A stretch of 64,000 nucleotides of DNA from Vicugna vicugna (taxonomy: Eukaryota), in contig MU058103.1 in the NCBI GenBank assembly GCA_013265495.1, positions 752,870 to 816,869 on the forward strand, in the 5' to 3' direction. This document shows, piece by piece, positions 38,931 to 49,687 of the stretch. The notes under the pieces are model-generated. The model was not told the DNA's origin, ran no database searches, and saw only the letters and a list, made by a program, of their open reading frames with translations. Both the position numbers and the translations under genes were made by a program. The stretch's first letter is position 1, and every line of letters starts with the position of its first letter.

Positions 38931-40589
38931 TGAATAGTTTGGCTGTTATCACAGTAGTACTTTGCATAGTAAAATCAGGTCTCTTGAAACTTCATAGATT
39001 TTACACGTCTGGGGTTCTGCTTTCTTTGATTGTTTTCTGTAATTGGCAAAAGCAGTGCTTCTACATTCCAGGAGCCTCTATTTTGCATTACTGTGGAAGG
39101 ACTATGTGAGGGGGAAATAAAAGGAATGCATTTGAACACTGATATTGCCATTAACCAGCTATATAGCTTAAGCCATATTACTTCTCTTCTCATGGTTTCA
39201 GCCTCCCTATCTGCAAAGCAGGAGGGGCAATGCTGTTGGAATAAATAACGTTAAAGCTCCTTATAATGCTCACCTTCTGTGATTCCTCAGGACTACTACT
39301 GACAACACTTGCCCTTGGTCTTTTAGAAGATAATCCAGCCTAACACTAATCCCAAGTAGGATAAAACCTAAACTTTAGCTAAACAAGCTTTTGAAGTATG
39401 CTTTCGCTTGGAAACAAAGTTCAAAAAATAAATGTTATATGCTGCTAATACGGGCTAAATGACTTTGGAATTTGAACAGTTTTGAAGATTACTGCCCTAA
39501 TTGTCATTGTCGTTTTTAAAGCTTTTAGTTCTATTTAAAATTAAACAAGTCCATGCATATTTAGCATTTATAATAGTGCTTGGTACATAGGATGATCCCA
39601 ATATCTTGATGGAGTTGTGGATGAGCTATAAATAAGCTAAATTTAATGTGTAAATTACATAACACAATGTCCTCAAAAATGCTAGTTTTTAATTTACCTT
39701 ATAGGTTCCTTGTCAATCTTCAGAAATACATGTCACTTTTAGACTATGCTTTCTGGGTGCTCTCCTGTAGGACCCAATACATTTTACTCCATGAGTGGGT
39801 GAGCTTCAATAATGGGCAGATGAGTCATTCTGAAGATTGCAGATTATGTTAAACATCAGAGACAGAAAAGGATCTCAATAGAAGAAGATTGAAATGGCAA
39901 ACCACACTTGATAGCCTCAACATTTTTGTCCGACCTCTCTTTGGTCCATGAATGAGGAGGGCAGAAAGATGGCTATTAAGATACCTGAGGTGGAAATGCT
40001 TCTTTTACTGCTTTTCCACTTAGTGCACAGCATTCTGAGCCAGTGCGAAGGCAGCTTTTATTCCAGTGGTTAGTGTCCTTGCTAGGTATGGATGGAAGCT
40101 CAACCTAAAAGAAGGAAGGAAGCCCTCTTAGAAGAAAAAAAAAAAATCACTGTAGGAATAGAAGAAATATATTTCAAAATTGGATAGTAAAATGTTGTTT
40201 ATATTTAACCAATATTCATGGCCATTTAAGAACTTTGGAAAGGATGTGACCTAAACTGTGCTTATTGAGAGCTCTACAAAACCCTTGATTAATTTGATCC
40301 GTATTATTGGCTTTGATTTCAGCTGGGTGAAGGTATGGCCTTTTAAGTTTATCTGAAATAATATTAGTGGGTCTCATAAGCAATCAACTTCCCAATTAGT
40401 TCTATGAAAATGCTCCCAGACTAGAAACCATGATGTTAATTGGCCTTTACCGAGCAAGACACCCTGCTTCATAATGAAAGGGAATTCCCTGCAGCCACGT
40501 TTACCTATCTCACAGACTTCCCCTGGTGTCTGATGCTTGAACATTCTTCGTCATTCCGTAACTTCTTCATCATTCCATGTTCTTCATCT

Positions 40590-41200
40590 CCGTAACTAGA
40601 TTGCGAGCACTTGGGTGGCATACGCTAAGACCCTGTGTCTTTTTCACCTTCATTTCTGCTATGCTTGACATTGGGGATGCTTGGTACCGGGGACGACGGT
40701 GGGTACTTGTGGTGGGATATGTAACTGAGTAAGACATAGGGTCTGTCTACTACCACCTCACAGTGTAGCTACAGAGACATGTGAAAAACAGACATCTGAA
40801 AAAGTAATGCTCTAATCAGTGCATGATCAACATGCTAGCACCGAGTACAGTGTCCAGAGCAAACTAGCTGCTTGCAATAAGCACGCCAAGCCAAACTGGA
40901 CTCCCAGGGGACGAATAAAGGGAGTAATACGTTTCCTCAGGAAATGATACCGCCTAAAGGAATGTACACTTGAGATTTACTTTGAAGAAGAAATTTGGTA
41001 AGTTCAACTTTGTTGAAGTTTGCTCCTCTTCTTCCTACTTGAGTAACTCTTTGGAAACATGGTTAAAGCCATTGCGACGCAAGCCTCATTCTTCCCCCTT
41101 GCTTTCAAGGTGACCTGAAGGCAGCAGAAGCGATGATAACAAAACCAAATTGGAATATAGGCAAGGACCAGACCGCAGAGAACACTGCACGCCTTGTTAA
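40590..41200. mobile_element. L2 relics (short sense 3' piece followed by antisense pieces)
   Basis: actagattgcgagcacttgggtggca; gagtaagacatagggtctg..cacagtgtag; gcaaggaccagaccgcagag. Confidence 0.5.
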
Positions 41201-42349
41201 ACACTGAGCGGTGATCAATTTACTGTAGCCTGTTGCTTTTGCTTTTAATTCTCAGTTCTGCTTGAACTTGTTATGAGACATTGAAAGCCATGCTTAGCTC
41301 CAGCTAAAGATGTTCAGATTAAAAAAAAAAACAAGTAACAGAGTAGACCATTCCCCATGTGGTCTCTAGAGTATGCATACAATCTTTATTAGAATTTCAG
41401 AGAAATAAGGCCAGGATATCATCCCAGGGACTGAAAAGCCCCTGTATCCCTGTTGCCCCCTAAGAGTTTTATACCAAAAATATATAGGCAGCTTTTTTAC
41501 AGATGAATATGACTCCATGGGACCCCCTTTTATAAAACTAAAATCTTAGAGACAGAATTATGTCAATCAGTAGGCATAATTTGTAGAAAACATAGCCAAA
41601 TCTATAGGAGAGACATCCAAATAAAAGGACACTGGGTCAAAACCAGCCTGATATCTAAAATCAAAAGTTTTAACAATGGATACCTGCAACCTGAAATAGA
41701 GAAGAAAAGAGAAAATGTTGAATTTAAGCCCCAATTCCTGAGTTAATAACTAACCTCTGCGACTTTACTTATGCTGTGAACCTGGGCAAGTCATATAGCT
41801 TAACGCAGCCACAATACACGGACTTTTGCCATTTGGTTTATCTCCTTCACAGTTGTCTTTTTAACAAGAATCCAATGACATATATTAAAGCCCTTCATAA
41901 ATTCTGCAATGCTATTTAAATGCATTCTTTAATTTTTAGCTGTGTTTTCTAGGGCACTGAAAATATGATTCAGTACATAAAATTTTAATACACAAGCTAT
42001 TTCTTCAGCCCACTTTTGCTGTGGCAAGTGACGGACTAGAATATTGAGCTAGACAGTATTGCTATGCACAGCCATGAGTTCTTTGAATCACATATGATTC
42101 TCACCTGCTGTGAGTTTATAGTGCACTGGCATTTTCGAGGATGGCCTTTTGTTTACATTTCATAAGTAATAGATATTCCATCTTGTCATTGGGAATGCCA
42201 TGACCCTAATAGTTCTGATTAAGTATCCTTGCCAAATAATCTACAAAAGAGCCCAAACTTATTTTTCCATTCCTTACTCAAACACAAGGGGAAAAAAAGG
42301 TGACCCATTTAAGATTGGAATAATGCTATATTTGCCCCAACTCACAGAT

Positions 42350-42780
42350 GAATAGATCTGTAATGAAGAGCAATTTTCCTCAGAAAATAAACTCCAACGA
42401 ATGGAAAATTGGGGTTACAGTGCATGCGTTGCAAAGTAACAGTCGCTTAAGTATTGAATACAGCCAAAGGACAATTTGAAAAGATGAAGGACATTCAAAC
42501 AAGAAACGAGAAATCTGGCAAAGGTGAAAGGGGATCTGCTAGAAGCTTTATTGAACAGTGATTGCAAGTGTAACAGTGAAATAATGATTCGATTCTGCAA
42601 GATGGAAGGGGTTGCAAGGGCAAAGTGCATCCTGGGTCATGTCTAGACAATAGTTCTGTATAGACCATGGTCCATTGGGTGACCTCACAGGAGTTTAAAA
42701 AAAAAAAAGAATTGATGAAAATAGACAAAGAAGTTTTAAAACTTAAAACCCAGCACAGAAAACTCAAGATCAAAACAAAT
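42350..42780 (+). mobile_element. Ancient RTE-clade LINE ORF fossil (post-RT region)
   Basis: Frame-hopping translation gives ENKLQRMEN..RC..NTAKGQFEKMKDIQTR..KVKGDLLEALLNSDCKCNSE..VTSQEF..LMKIDKEVLK..RKLK. Motif order follows the generic RTE pattern (LEQVE..YLG..RI..AK.AF.KM..IL..K.RLL..YGSE.W..VTNEEVL..RKL). Confidence 0.55.
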
Positions 42781-43009
42781 TCAGCTTCCAGATGTACATA
42801 TTTAGGTATCCCAATGCTCCGCAAACACTTTATTTTCAGACCATTTATTCATGCAACCAACATTTACTAAATACCATGCATTGAGCATAGGAACTCTTTA
42901 GGGACAGTAGGGAGAAAAATGAATGTGTGATCTTTGTTCATGGAGCTTCAAATGAATGACTTTTCACCCGATTGCAATGAAGTACACCATACTTTGTTAC
43001 TGAGATTAC

Positions 43010-43093
43010 CAGTAAGTTGAACCATGATAACTTACCATTTTTGTAGGTCAAAAACATTTAAGTATTGGCAAGTTTAAAAAGCTCAGCCTGTTA
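43010..43093. mobile_element. MADE2-like mariner MITE
   Basis: About 80 bp: gttgaaccat..ccatttttgtaggtcaaaaa..ggcaagtt..gctcagcct, with degenerate inverted ends. Confidence 0.75.
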
Positions 43094-43604
43094 TTATCCT
43101 ATAACCTTTGCTTGAGTGGTGGAAGCATTTTAAGTAAATATTCTTTATCCTAAGAATATTTTTGTGTTTAACCCTTAACCACCATTTTATTCTCCTTTGA
43201 TTTAAAAGTGAATTCCTCCCCTTTGCAATTCCCCCAAAGCTCAGTTAAAAAGCTCCAAATTAAATAGGTTTATGTTATACAAGTTTCAACTGAATACTAA
43301 AGGATCAATATGGTGTGGTACAGACTTCTTACAATTAATCACTCTATAAATATTCTTCATGTCAGGTGTATTTTTTAGAAGTCTGGGGGATGCCTTCAAT
43401 TCAGAGTAGCACTCCTATTCTTATACAGTTTTACTTTGTAAGAAAACCTTTCACTGAACTTCTGTAAATTTTGTTCTGAAGTCATTCCATCCTTCCTTTA
43501 TCTGAGACCAAGACCTTCACTTCTCCAACCCTTGGGATGTATCTCTTATCCGTTCCGTTGCCTATGATTGGGTCGCCCTTAATCAATGATCTGCTTCTCT
43601 AATA

Positions 43605-43779
43605 CAATGATATGATCCTAGACCAGCAGCATTAGCACCACTTGTGTGTTCTTAAGAAATGCAGCCACCAAGCCCCACCCCCAAAACTACCAAATAAGGA
43701 ACTCTCAGGGTGGGACCCAGCCATCCTGTTAGCAAGCCCACCAGGTGATGCCCTTGTAGCACTTGTGTGAGAACCACTG
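43605..43779. mobile_element. MER5A MITE
   Basis: gaccagcagcattagcaccac..agaaatgca..actctcagggtgggacccag..tgagaaccactg. Confidence 0.85.
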
Positions 43780-43787
43780 ATCTGCAG

Positions 43788-43956
43788 CAGTAGAACTCAT
43801 GCTTGAATGCATAGGGGAATCAGCTAGAGAATATCACAGAGTATTGATGCCTGGATCTTGACCCCCAAGATCCTGACGTTACTGGTGGGAGGATAGGATT
43901 TTTTTTAAATAAGATCTCCAGGTATTACTAATAAACCACTAAGGTTGAAAGCACTG
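43788..43956. mobile_element. MER5B/MER5A1-like MITE
   Basis: cagtagaactca..gaatcagctagaga..gatgcctggatc..ctccaggtatt..aggttgaaagcactg. Confidence 0.7.
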
Positions 43957-44231
43957 GTCTACTAAAACCAATAGTTCTTTGCATAGTTTCTATGATTGCT
44001 ATCTCTGAAGCTAGGCACTGGCTTTCTTATCTTGGGAGATGGGGTTAGGAGGTATAGAAATGGGTCAGGAATTGTAGATAAACTGATTAACTGATCAGTT
44101 TATCTTCATTGTCACCTATGCTGAATGGATGTTGGATGCTTTCTGGTGACTATGAAATCGTACAGTCATTACCAGCATATACAATCATGGAAATTCCTAA
44201 ATATGGTAAACTAGCTAATTAGGTAGCTAGC

Positions 44232-44310
44232 TATCATCTGTCATCTATCTATGTCTCTATCTATGTCTCTATCTATCTATCTATGATCTATCTATCTTCT
44301 ATGTATCTAC
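44232..44310. repeat. Compound (TCTA)n simple repeat
   Basis: Read directly. Confidence 0.85.
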
Positions 44311-46549
44311 CTTAGGAATACAGTTGTACCATCTAAATTACTGAGGGGAGGGGGCATAGGCAGGATTGGAGGGAAGGGTGTATGAAAAAATGTTGCACAA
44401 AGACCACATGTCCAGCTAACTCAAGTCTATATAGCATCTACCAAAGTGGAGCTTAATTTTTCTCAGCTTTTCAGAGACTTGCCATGTGATGCCACACTGC
44501 TCCTTTCCCTCATGAAGACTTGGATCATTTTAACTCCTTTTTTTCCTTCAAACACCAGTCACCTCCAAGATTTTGACTCCCCTTTGACCTTCCCTGCCTT
44601 TTGCATCTTGGAAATTCTCAGGTCTCCAGTGTGGATCATTGGTATAGGCCACAACTGTATTCTCCTTTAACTGCTTCAGCTGTTTGGAAAGGAAGGGGAT
44701 AAACTTTGACTCTAAGGTTGGAAGATGTAGCAAGGACCTAGCAGTGGTCTTGGCTCTGGTTGGAAATGAGGTAGCAACGAAGACTTGAGCACTGCCAATA
44801 GATTGCTGTCAGGTGGGAGCTGAAATCCATCCTAGCTTTGAGAACCAGATGATACACAAAGTTGGTAGAGATGCAATGTGGAGTGGTGAGATGAGAGATG
44901 TGTTTGAAGAATTCCTTTCCCTATTTAATCAGGAAATACTGGGGTTGGCAGGAAGGGGAGGTTTACTCTTAGTAAAAAGATATCATTAGGTAAAGTAGGT
45001 CTTACTAGCAACTCAGTTGGTTTTCTTCTGAGTTTGTGTTCTTTACCAGAGAGGATAGATAGGCAACTGAAAGTGCAGGGGTCAACCAACTACCAATAAG
45101 CATGCCTATCTGTGCATAGTTATTTATAGTCCCTCGACAAACAGAGATTTTAGGTATTATTTTACCAAAGAATGTCTATCTCCCTAAATCTATTCTATTC
45201 CGTATTTATGATGTATTATGTGCCAGTTTGCCCTTTTCCAATGTCTAAATACCTTTTGCCTTGGAACACATTGGATAAGGGGAAGGGTCTTTGAAGCACG
45301 TAGGGTTAGAATCTGGAGAAAGCCCTCTCTACTAAGAAAAGTCAGATTCTGTAGGAGAGAAGAGAAGGAAGGCTCTTGCTTAGAGTTATGTTAGGAATAT
45401 TGAACAACCAGTAAGTCAGAAGCCTGGATTCCTGAACATTTCTTACTTCAGTCTTTTTTTAATGACTTGGTTGGGATGGGATGGAGACAGGGAGCAGGGT
45501 GGGGAGAACAGGGGAGGACAAGTTAATATCTAGGAAATGTAATTTTGAAGCCATTTGCATAGTGTCTAATAAATTAACCCTTCCACCAAAGTAGACTGGG
45601 CGTATACATGTCTTTCCCCAATAAGAGATGTATAAGTTTCTCTCAAGGCGAATGTGCTTAACATGGATAAAATAACCTTTGCTGTTTGCCTTCTTAGGTC
45701 GTTTACTTTAACCTCATGAAAAGCCTTTGTTCAGGGATCACTTTTCAGTCTGAATTTGGTTGACAGAAGAGATGGGGGAGAATAAATATTCTTCCTTTTT
45801 TCTTTACCCTTTCAAAAGCATAAGTGTCCCAGCTTGCAAAAATTAAGCAGCCAAGAATCTTTGATGCCTCATTTTGAAATGTCAGACCTTACATAAACCT
45901 TTTTCAAAGTAACTGTAGATTTTTGCCCTAGACAAATTCATAGAATTTTTATTACTGAAAAGTGAAAACTCTCTCTTGTCAGTGGAGCTATATTCTCTAA
46001 CCACAACCTAATTCCGCATAATATGCTATCTTAACCCTGAGGATACCAAACTCCGAAGAGTGAAAAGGTATGAAGGATCAGGGTAAATGTTTGTAGGAAA
46101 ATTCAGAAAGACTGTTGCCAAATGGCTTAAACCTCAGAAGTTGTGATTCATCAACTCCCTGGTTGCGGGAGGTGGCGTATTTTAAGCACTGATGCCTTAA
46201 GTAGGACCAGCAACTATTGAATCAAGAGAATTTTGATTTTAGTTTGGCTTTAAATACTTCTGTAGATGAAGCAAATGAAATGCTTTGGCACTAATGGGAA
46301 TGTTGATGTCTCAGTTTTCCCTGTGTTGTGTTGTTTCTATTGTCCTCGTTAAACACATTATTAATAGACAGTGTTTATATTTTTATTTGCCAAGGACTGG
46401 AAATTGGCATTTATACATCCAAGAAAGTTGACAGGCATTTATTAGGGAGTCTTCATATCTATTGCTATTAACATTTACATAAAGGTCTCTGAGTCCTTAT
46501 GTTTTACACAAGTATTCTCCAGAATTTGTTTGGATTCATTGACAGTAAT

Positions 46550-46795
46550 AACTAATAATAATGGCAGTGAAGTGCCAGACATAGGACCCTGCATTTTTGC
46601 TGTATTGTTTGCTGATTGTTGTAATCCTGGCAACAATCCTGAAAGTTAGCTGTTATAATCTCCGTTTTAGGGTGAGAAAGCTGAGTTTGAGAAGTAGCTT
46701 GACTGATGTGAAAGACATGTCAGGTGGCAAAAGAAGTGAGGATTCAGGCTTGGGTCTGTGTCATGACAAATCCCTGCTTTTGTATCTGCATCATA
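46550..46795 (-). mobile_element. MIR SINE
   Basis: taatcctggcaacaatcctgaaag..tctccgttttagggtgagaaagctgag. Confidence 0.7.
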
Positions 46796-46889
46796 ATTCT
46801 TCTTAAGCATCAAAGAGATCATTATTCAGGGAGAAGTTAAACTTCATTGAGATCCAATTGCATTTTGCCTCTTGCCAAGCCTATGGATG

Positions 46890-47230
46890 TTAAACTGTGA
46901 GCACCATTAAAGCAGGGCCATGACTCTATTGCCCTTCAACATACCCCCTGTATTCAGCACCATGCCTGGAGCCCAGTGACTATACAATGAACATTAATTT
47001 TTGAATGGGTGAATAAATAAAGGTATAAAGTAGCTTGCCATATCTGTTGATTGAGCCTGGACCAGATTCCCAATTCTGTTTTGTAACTTCTTAACTGGAT
47101 GAACTTGGACAAGACACTCAACTCTGCCAAATCCCAGTTGTCTCATCAGCATAAAGGGAATGGTTTACAAGATAAATTGAAAGACTGTAAAAACATTTTT
47201 TAAACTCAGTGTGAATATTAATTGCTACAG
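46890..47230 (+). mobile_element. L2 3' end (to about 47020) followed by a MIR
   Basis: actgtgagcaccattaaagcaggg..cagcaccatgcctgg..ttgaatgggtgaat; gaacttggacaagacactcaactct. Confidence 0.7.
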
Positions 47231-47785
47231 TTGTGATGTTAATTTGCAAAGCCCTGGAAAAAAATGATTCCTTATCTACATCTGTGATTAAATCCCTCCA
47301 TCTGCTTCTTGGTGCCTAAAACCTGGCAGTAATTTTCACTAATTTTGAACTTTTTATCTTTCTCCCCTTTAAGAAATATATTTTATGCCAAAATTCAGTC
47401 CAGGCATATATGAAATTATAGCTAAAACTGAAGCAAAAGTGCATGAAACAATATTTAAATCTAGATTAGGCATGCCTTTGTTCTCTGTTCTCTTCTATTT
47501 TATTCCATTGAAGTAAAATCATGTTTATGACTCACTAAAATGACTTCAGGATCCGCTTTTTATCTGAAAGCCATGTTTTGAAAAATACTGTCTTGAGGGA
47601 AAGTATCACTCTAACGTAGAATCTTTCATGCTGTATCGTGATAAGACTCTTTGACTGAAGGATGCTGGCAGGGTCTGAAGCGGAGGCAGAAGTGCATGTG
47701 TGTATATATGCTTGTGGTTGGGTGTGACAGTGATGTAGAAGTAGAACTAGTTAGAGACTATCTATCTGTTTATCATCTATGTTTT

Positions 47786-48097
47786 TATCTTAGTTTCTAC
47801 AGGCTGCAGTAACAGAATACCAGAGACTGAGGGGCTTAAACATTCATTTCTTAACAGTTCTGGAGGCTGGAAAGTTCAAGATCAAGGCATCAGCAGACTT
47901 AGTGTCTGGTAAGAGTCCATCTCCTAGTTTATAGACTGTCGTCTTCTCAGTGTCTCAGGGGTGCTAATTAATTCTATTCGTGAGGAGGCTACCCTTATGT
48001 CTTATCACCTCTCAAAGACCCCATTTCCTAATATCACATTCTGAGTTGGGATCTCAACATATGACTTTTACGGAGATGTAAACATTCAGTTTATAAC
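47786..48097 (-). mobile_element. MaLR solo LTR (MLT1A-like)
   Basis: tcttagtt..ggctgcagtaacagaatac..cagttctggaggctggaaagttcaagatcaagg..aacattcagtttataac. Confidence 0.9.
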
Positions 48098-48206
48098 TCT
48101 ATTGTCTGCCTGTCTCTTGATATACCTACCATTCAATTTGTCCATCCACCTCCATGTATCCAACTCTGCATACCTATGTACTACTTATCTATAAGTAACT
48201 CTATAA

Positions 48207-48242
48207 ATACATACATACATACATACATACATACATACATAC
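48207..48242. repeat. (ATAC)9 microsatellite
   Basis: Perfect tetranucleotide run. Confidence 0.95.
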
Positions 48243-48659
48243 GTAAATATGTTTCTTCTGAGATTCTCTAAGACTGATTTCCATGAGTTCCCTGCAGTCA
48301 CTGACCATACAGACATCCAATAAGGTGAAAAACTCATCTGCTAATATATAAATGCTGACAGTGACAGATAGTGAATAGTGACAATCTATAGGAATTGTTT
48401 GCATTTAAAGCAATATTGGGTTTGTAATCTTCTATAATCTATTACATTAAATATGTGCCACCTATTTTAAATTGAACAGAATACATTAAAATGGTCATAA
48501 AATTGTTATATATTGCTGATCATTTAACTTAAATAATAATATAAATATTTGGGATTTATTTCTTAACCAAACATACAAAAATTTGAAGATATAAAAAAGA
48601 GCTGTAATACATGTAAAAATTCTTACCCATAAAAGAGAGACATTTTATGAAAGTACTAT

Positions 48660-48840
48660 AATTCAATCACCCTTCTATTGATGCACATTTGGTTTTTCCA
48701 GTCTTTTTTATATTATTAATTATTATAAATTATACAGCAATGAATAACTTTATATATCTGTTATTTCATTTTCATGTAAGTAATGTGTGTTTTTTGCTAA
48801 ATATTGACGAATTGTTCTCTGTTGAGGTTATGTGGGTTTA
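48660..48840 (-). mobile_element. Old L1 (L1ME-like) fragment
   Basis: ctattgatgcacatttggtttttccagtc..acagcaatgaataac. Confidence 0.6.
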
Positions 48841-48844
48841 AAGC

Positions 48845-49560
48845 ATGGAAAAAGAAGAAAATTCCCCAAATTATTTTAATGAAGCAAGCCTACACTGATA
48901 CCAGTACCAAACCCACCAATGACTGGCTCAAGGAATTTCATTCCAGAAATACATGTATATTTCAATATTAAGAAATATAATTTATCATATTAATAAAATA
49001 AAGAGAAAAATTATATGGCCATTTCACTCAAGGCTAAAAAGTATTTTAAAACTTTCAATTAAAAGTAAATAGAACTACAAATATTTTATTGACATTATAT
49101 AGCACATCTATCTCAAACTGAAAAAACATTATACTTAAAAGGAGAACATTAGATGAATAAACCTAAGAGTCAAACAATGATATCTATAATCACAATTACT
49201 ATTTAGTACTTTTGGAAGTATCTGCCAACAAATTAGAGAACTGGAAAAGAGCTATAATACAAAATTTGGAAAGAGCTAATAATAAATATGATTGTATACT
49301 TGGAAACTCAGAAAATAATCTGGAAAAACTATTATATAATAATTATATAATAAATTATGTAATATAATTATACAATGGTAAGATAGTTTTTGTAATAGCC
49401 TAGGCACAAAAAATTTACATATAAAATAACAGCTTTCAAATGTGCAAACAGCATTCAGTTAAAGGACATAATAAAAGAAAAAGTTTTAGAGTATCAATAA
49501 AACAGGTAAAATACTTAGAAATACATCTAACAAAAAGTGTCAAGATCTATACAAAGAGAA
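48845..49560 (+). mobile_element. Old degenerate L1 ORF2 fragment
   Basis: attccccaaattattttaatgaagcaag..ctgataccag, tatgattgtatacttggaaac and aatacttagaaatacatctaacaaaaagtgtcaagatctatac. Confidence 0.75.
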
Positions 49561-49687
49561 GTGGATTTTTTTTTTTTTGTAAATAGCATCAGAATGATTT
49601 CTTGAAGGTAGTAAGCCCTTTGCCTACTACAAGCATCCTTATTTATGGTCAGGAGTCCTTCCTGACTAGTTTCTGCCTATGTGATTA

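Noticed and set aside
39705..39798. 94-nt AG..GT exon candidate
   Set aside because: Peptide unrecognised and no supporting exons; compatible with a chance pseudo-exon.
40941..40997. 57-nt segment with good splice signals (cctcag .. gtaagt)
   Set aside because: Stops in all three frames and lies in L2-like sequence.
46160..46180. CTCF-like motif gggaggtggcg (similar partial matches near 11750 and 41450)
   Set aside because: Only half of the core matches; key 5' positions are wrong.
48660..49560. Antisense and sense old L1 pieces as a single twin-primed inversion
   Set aside because: The implied breakpoints are about 1 kb apart in ORF2 and no TSD is visible; independent fragments are equally likely.
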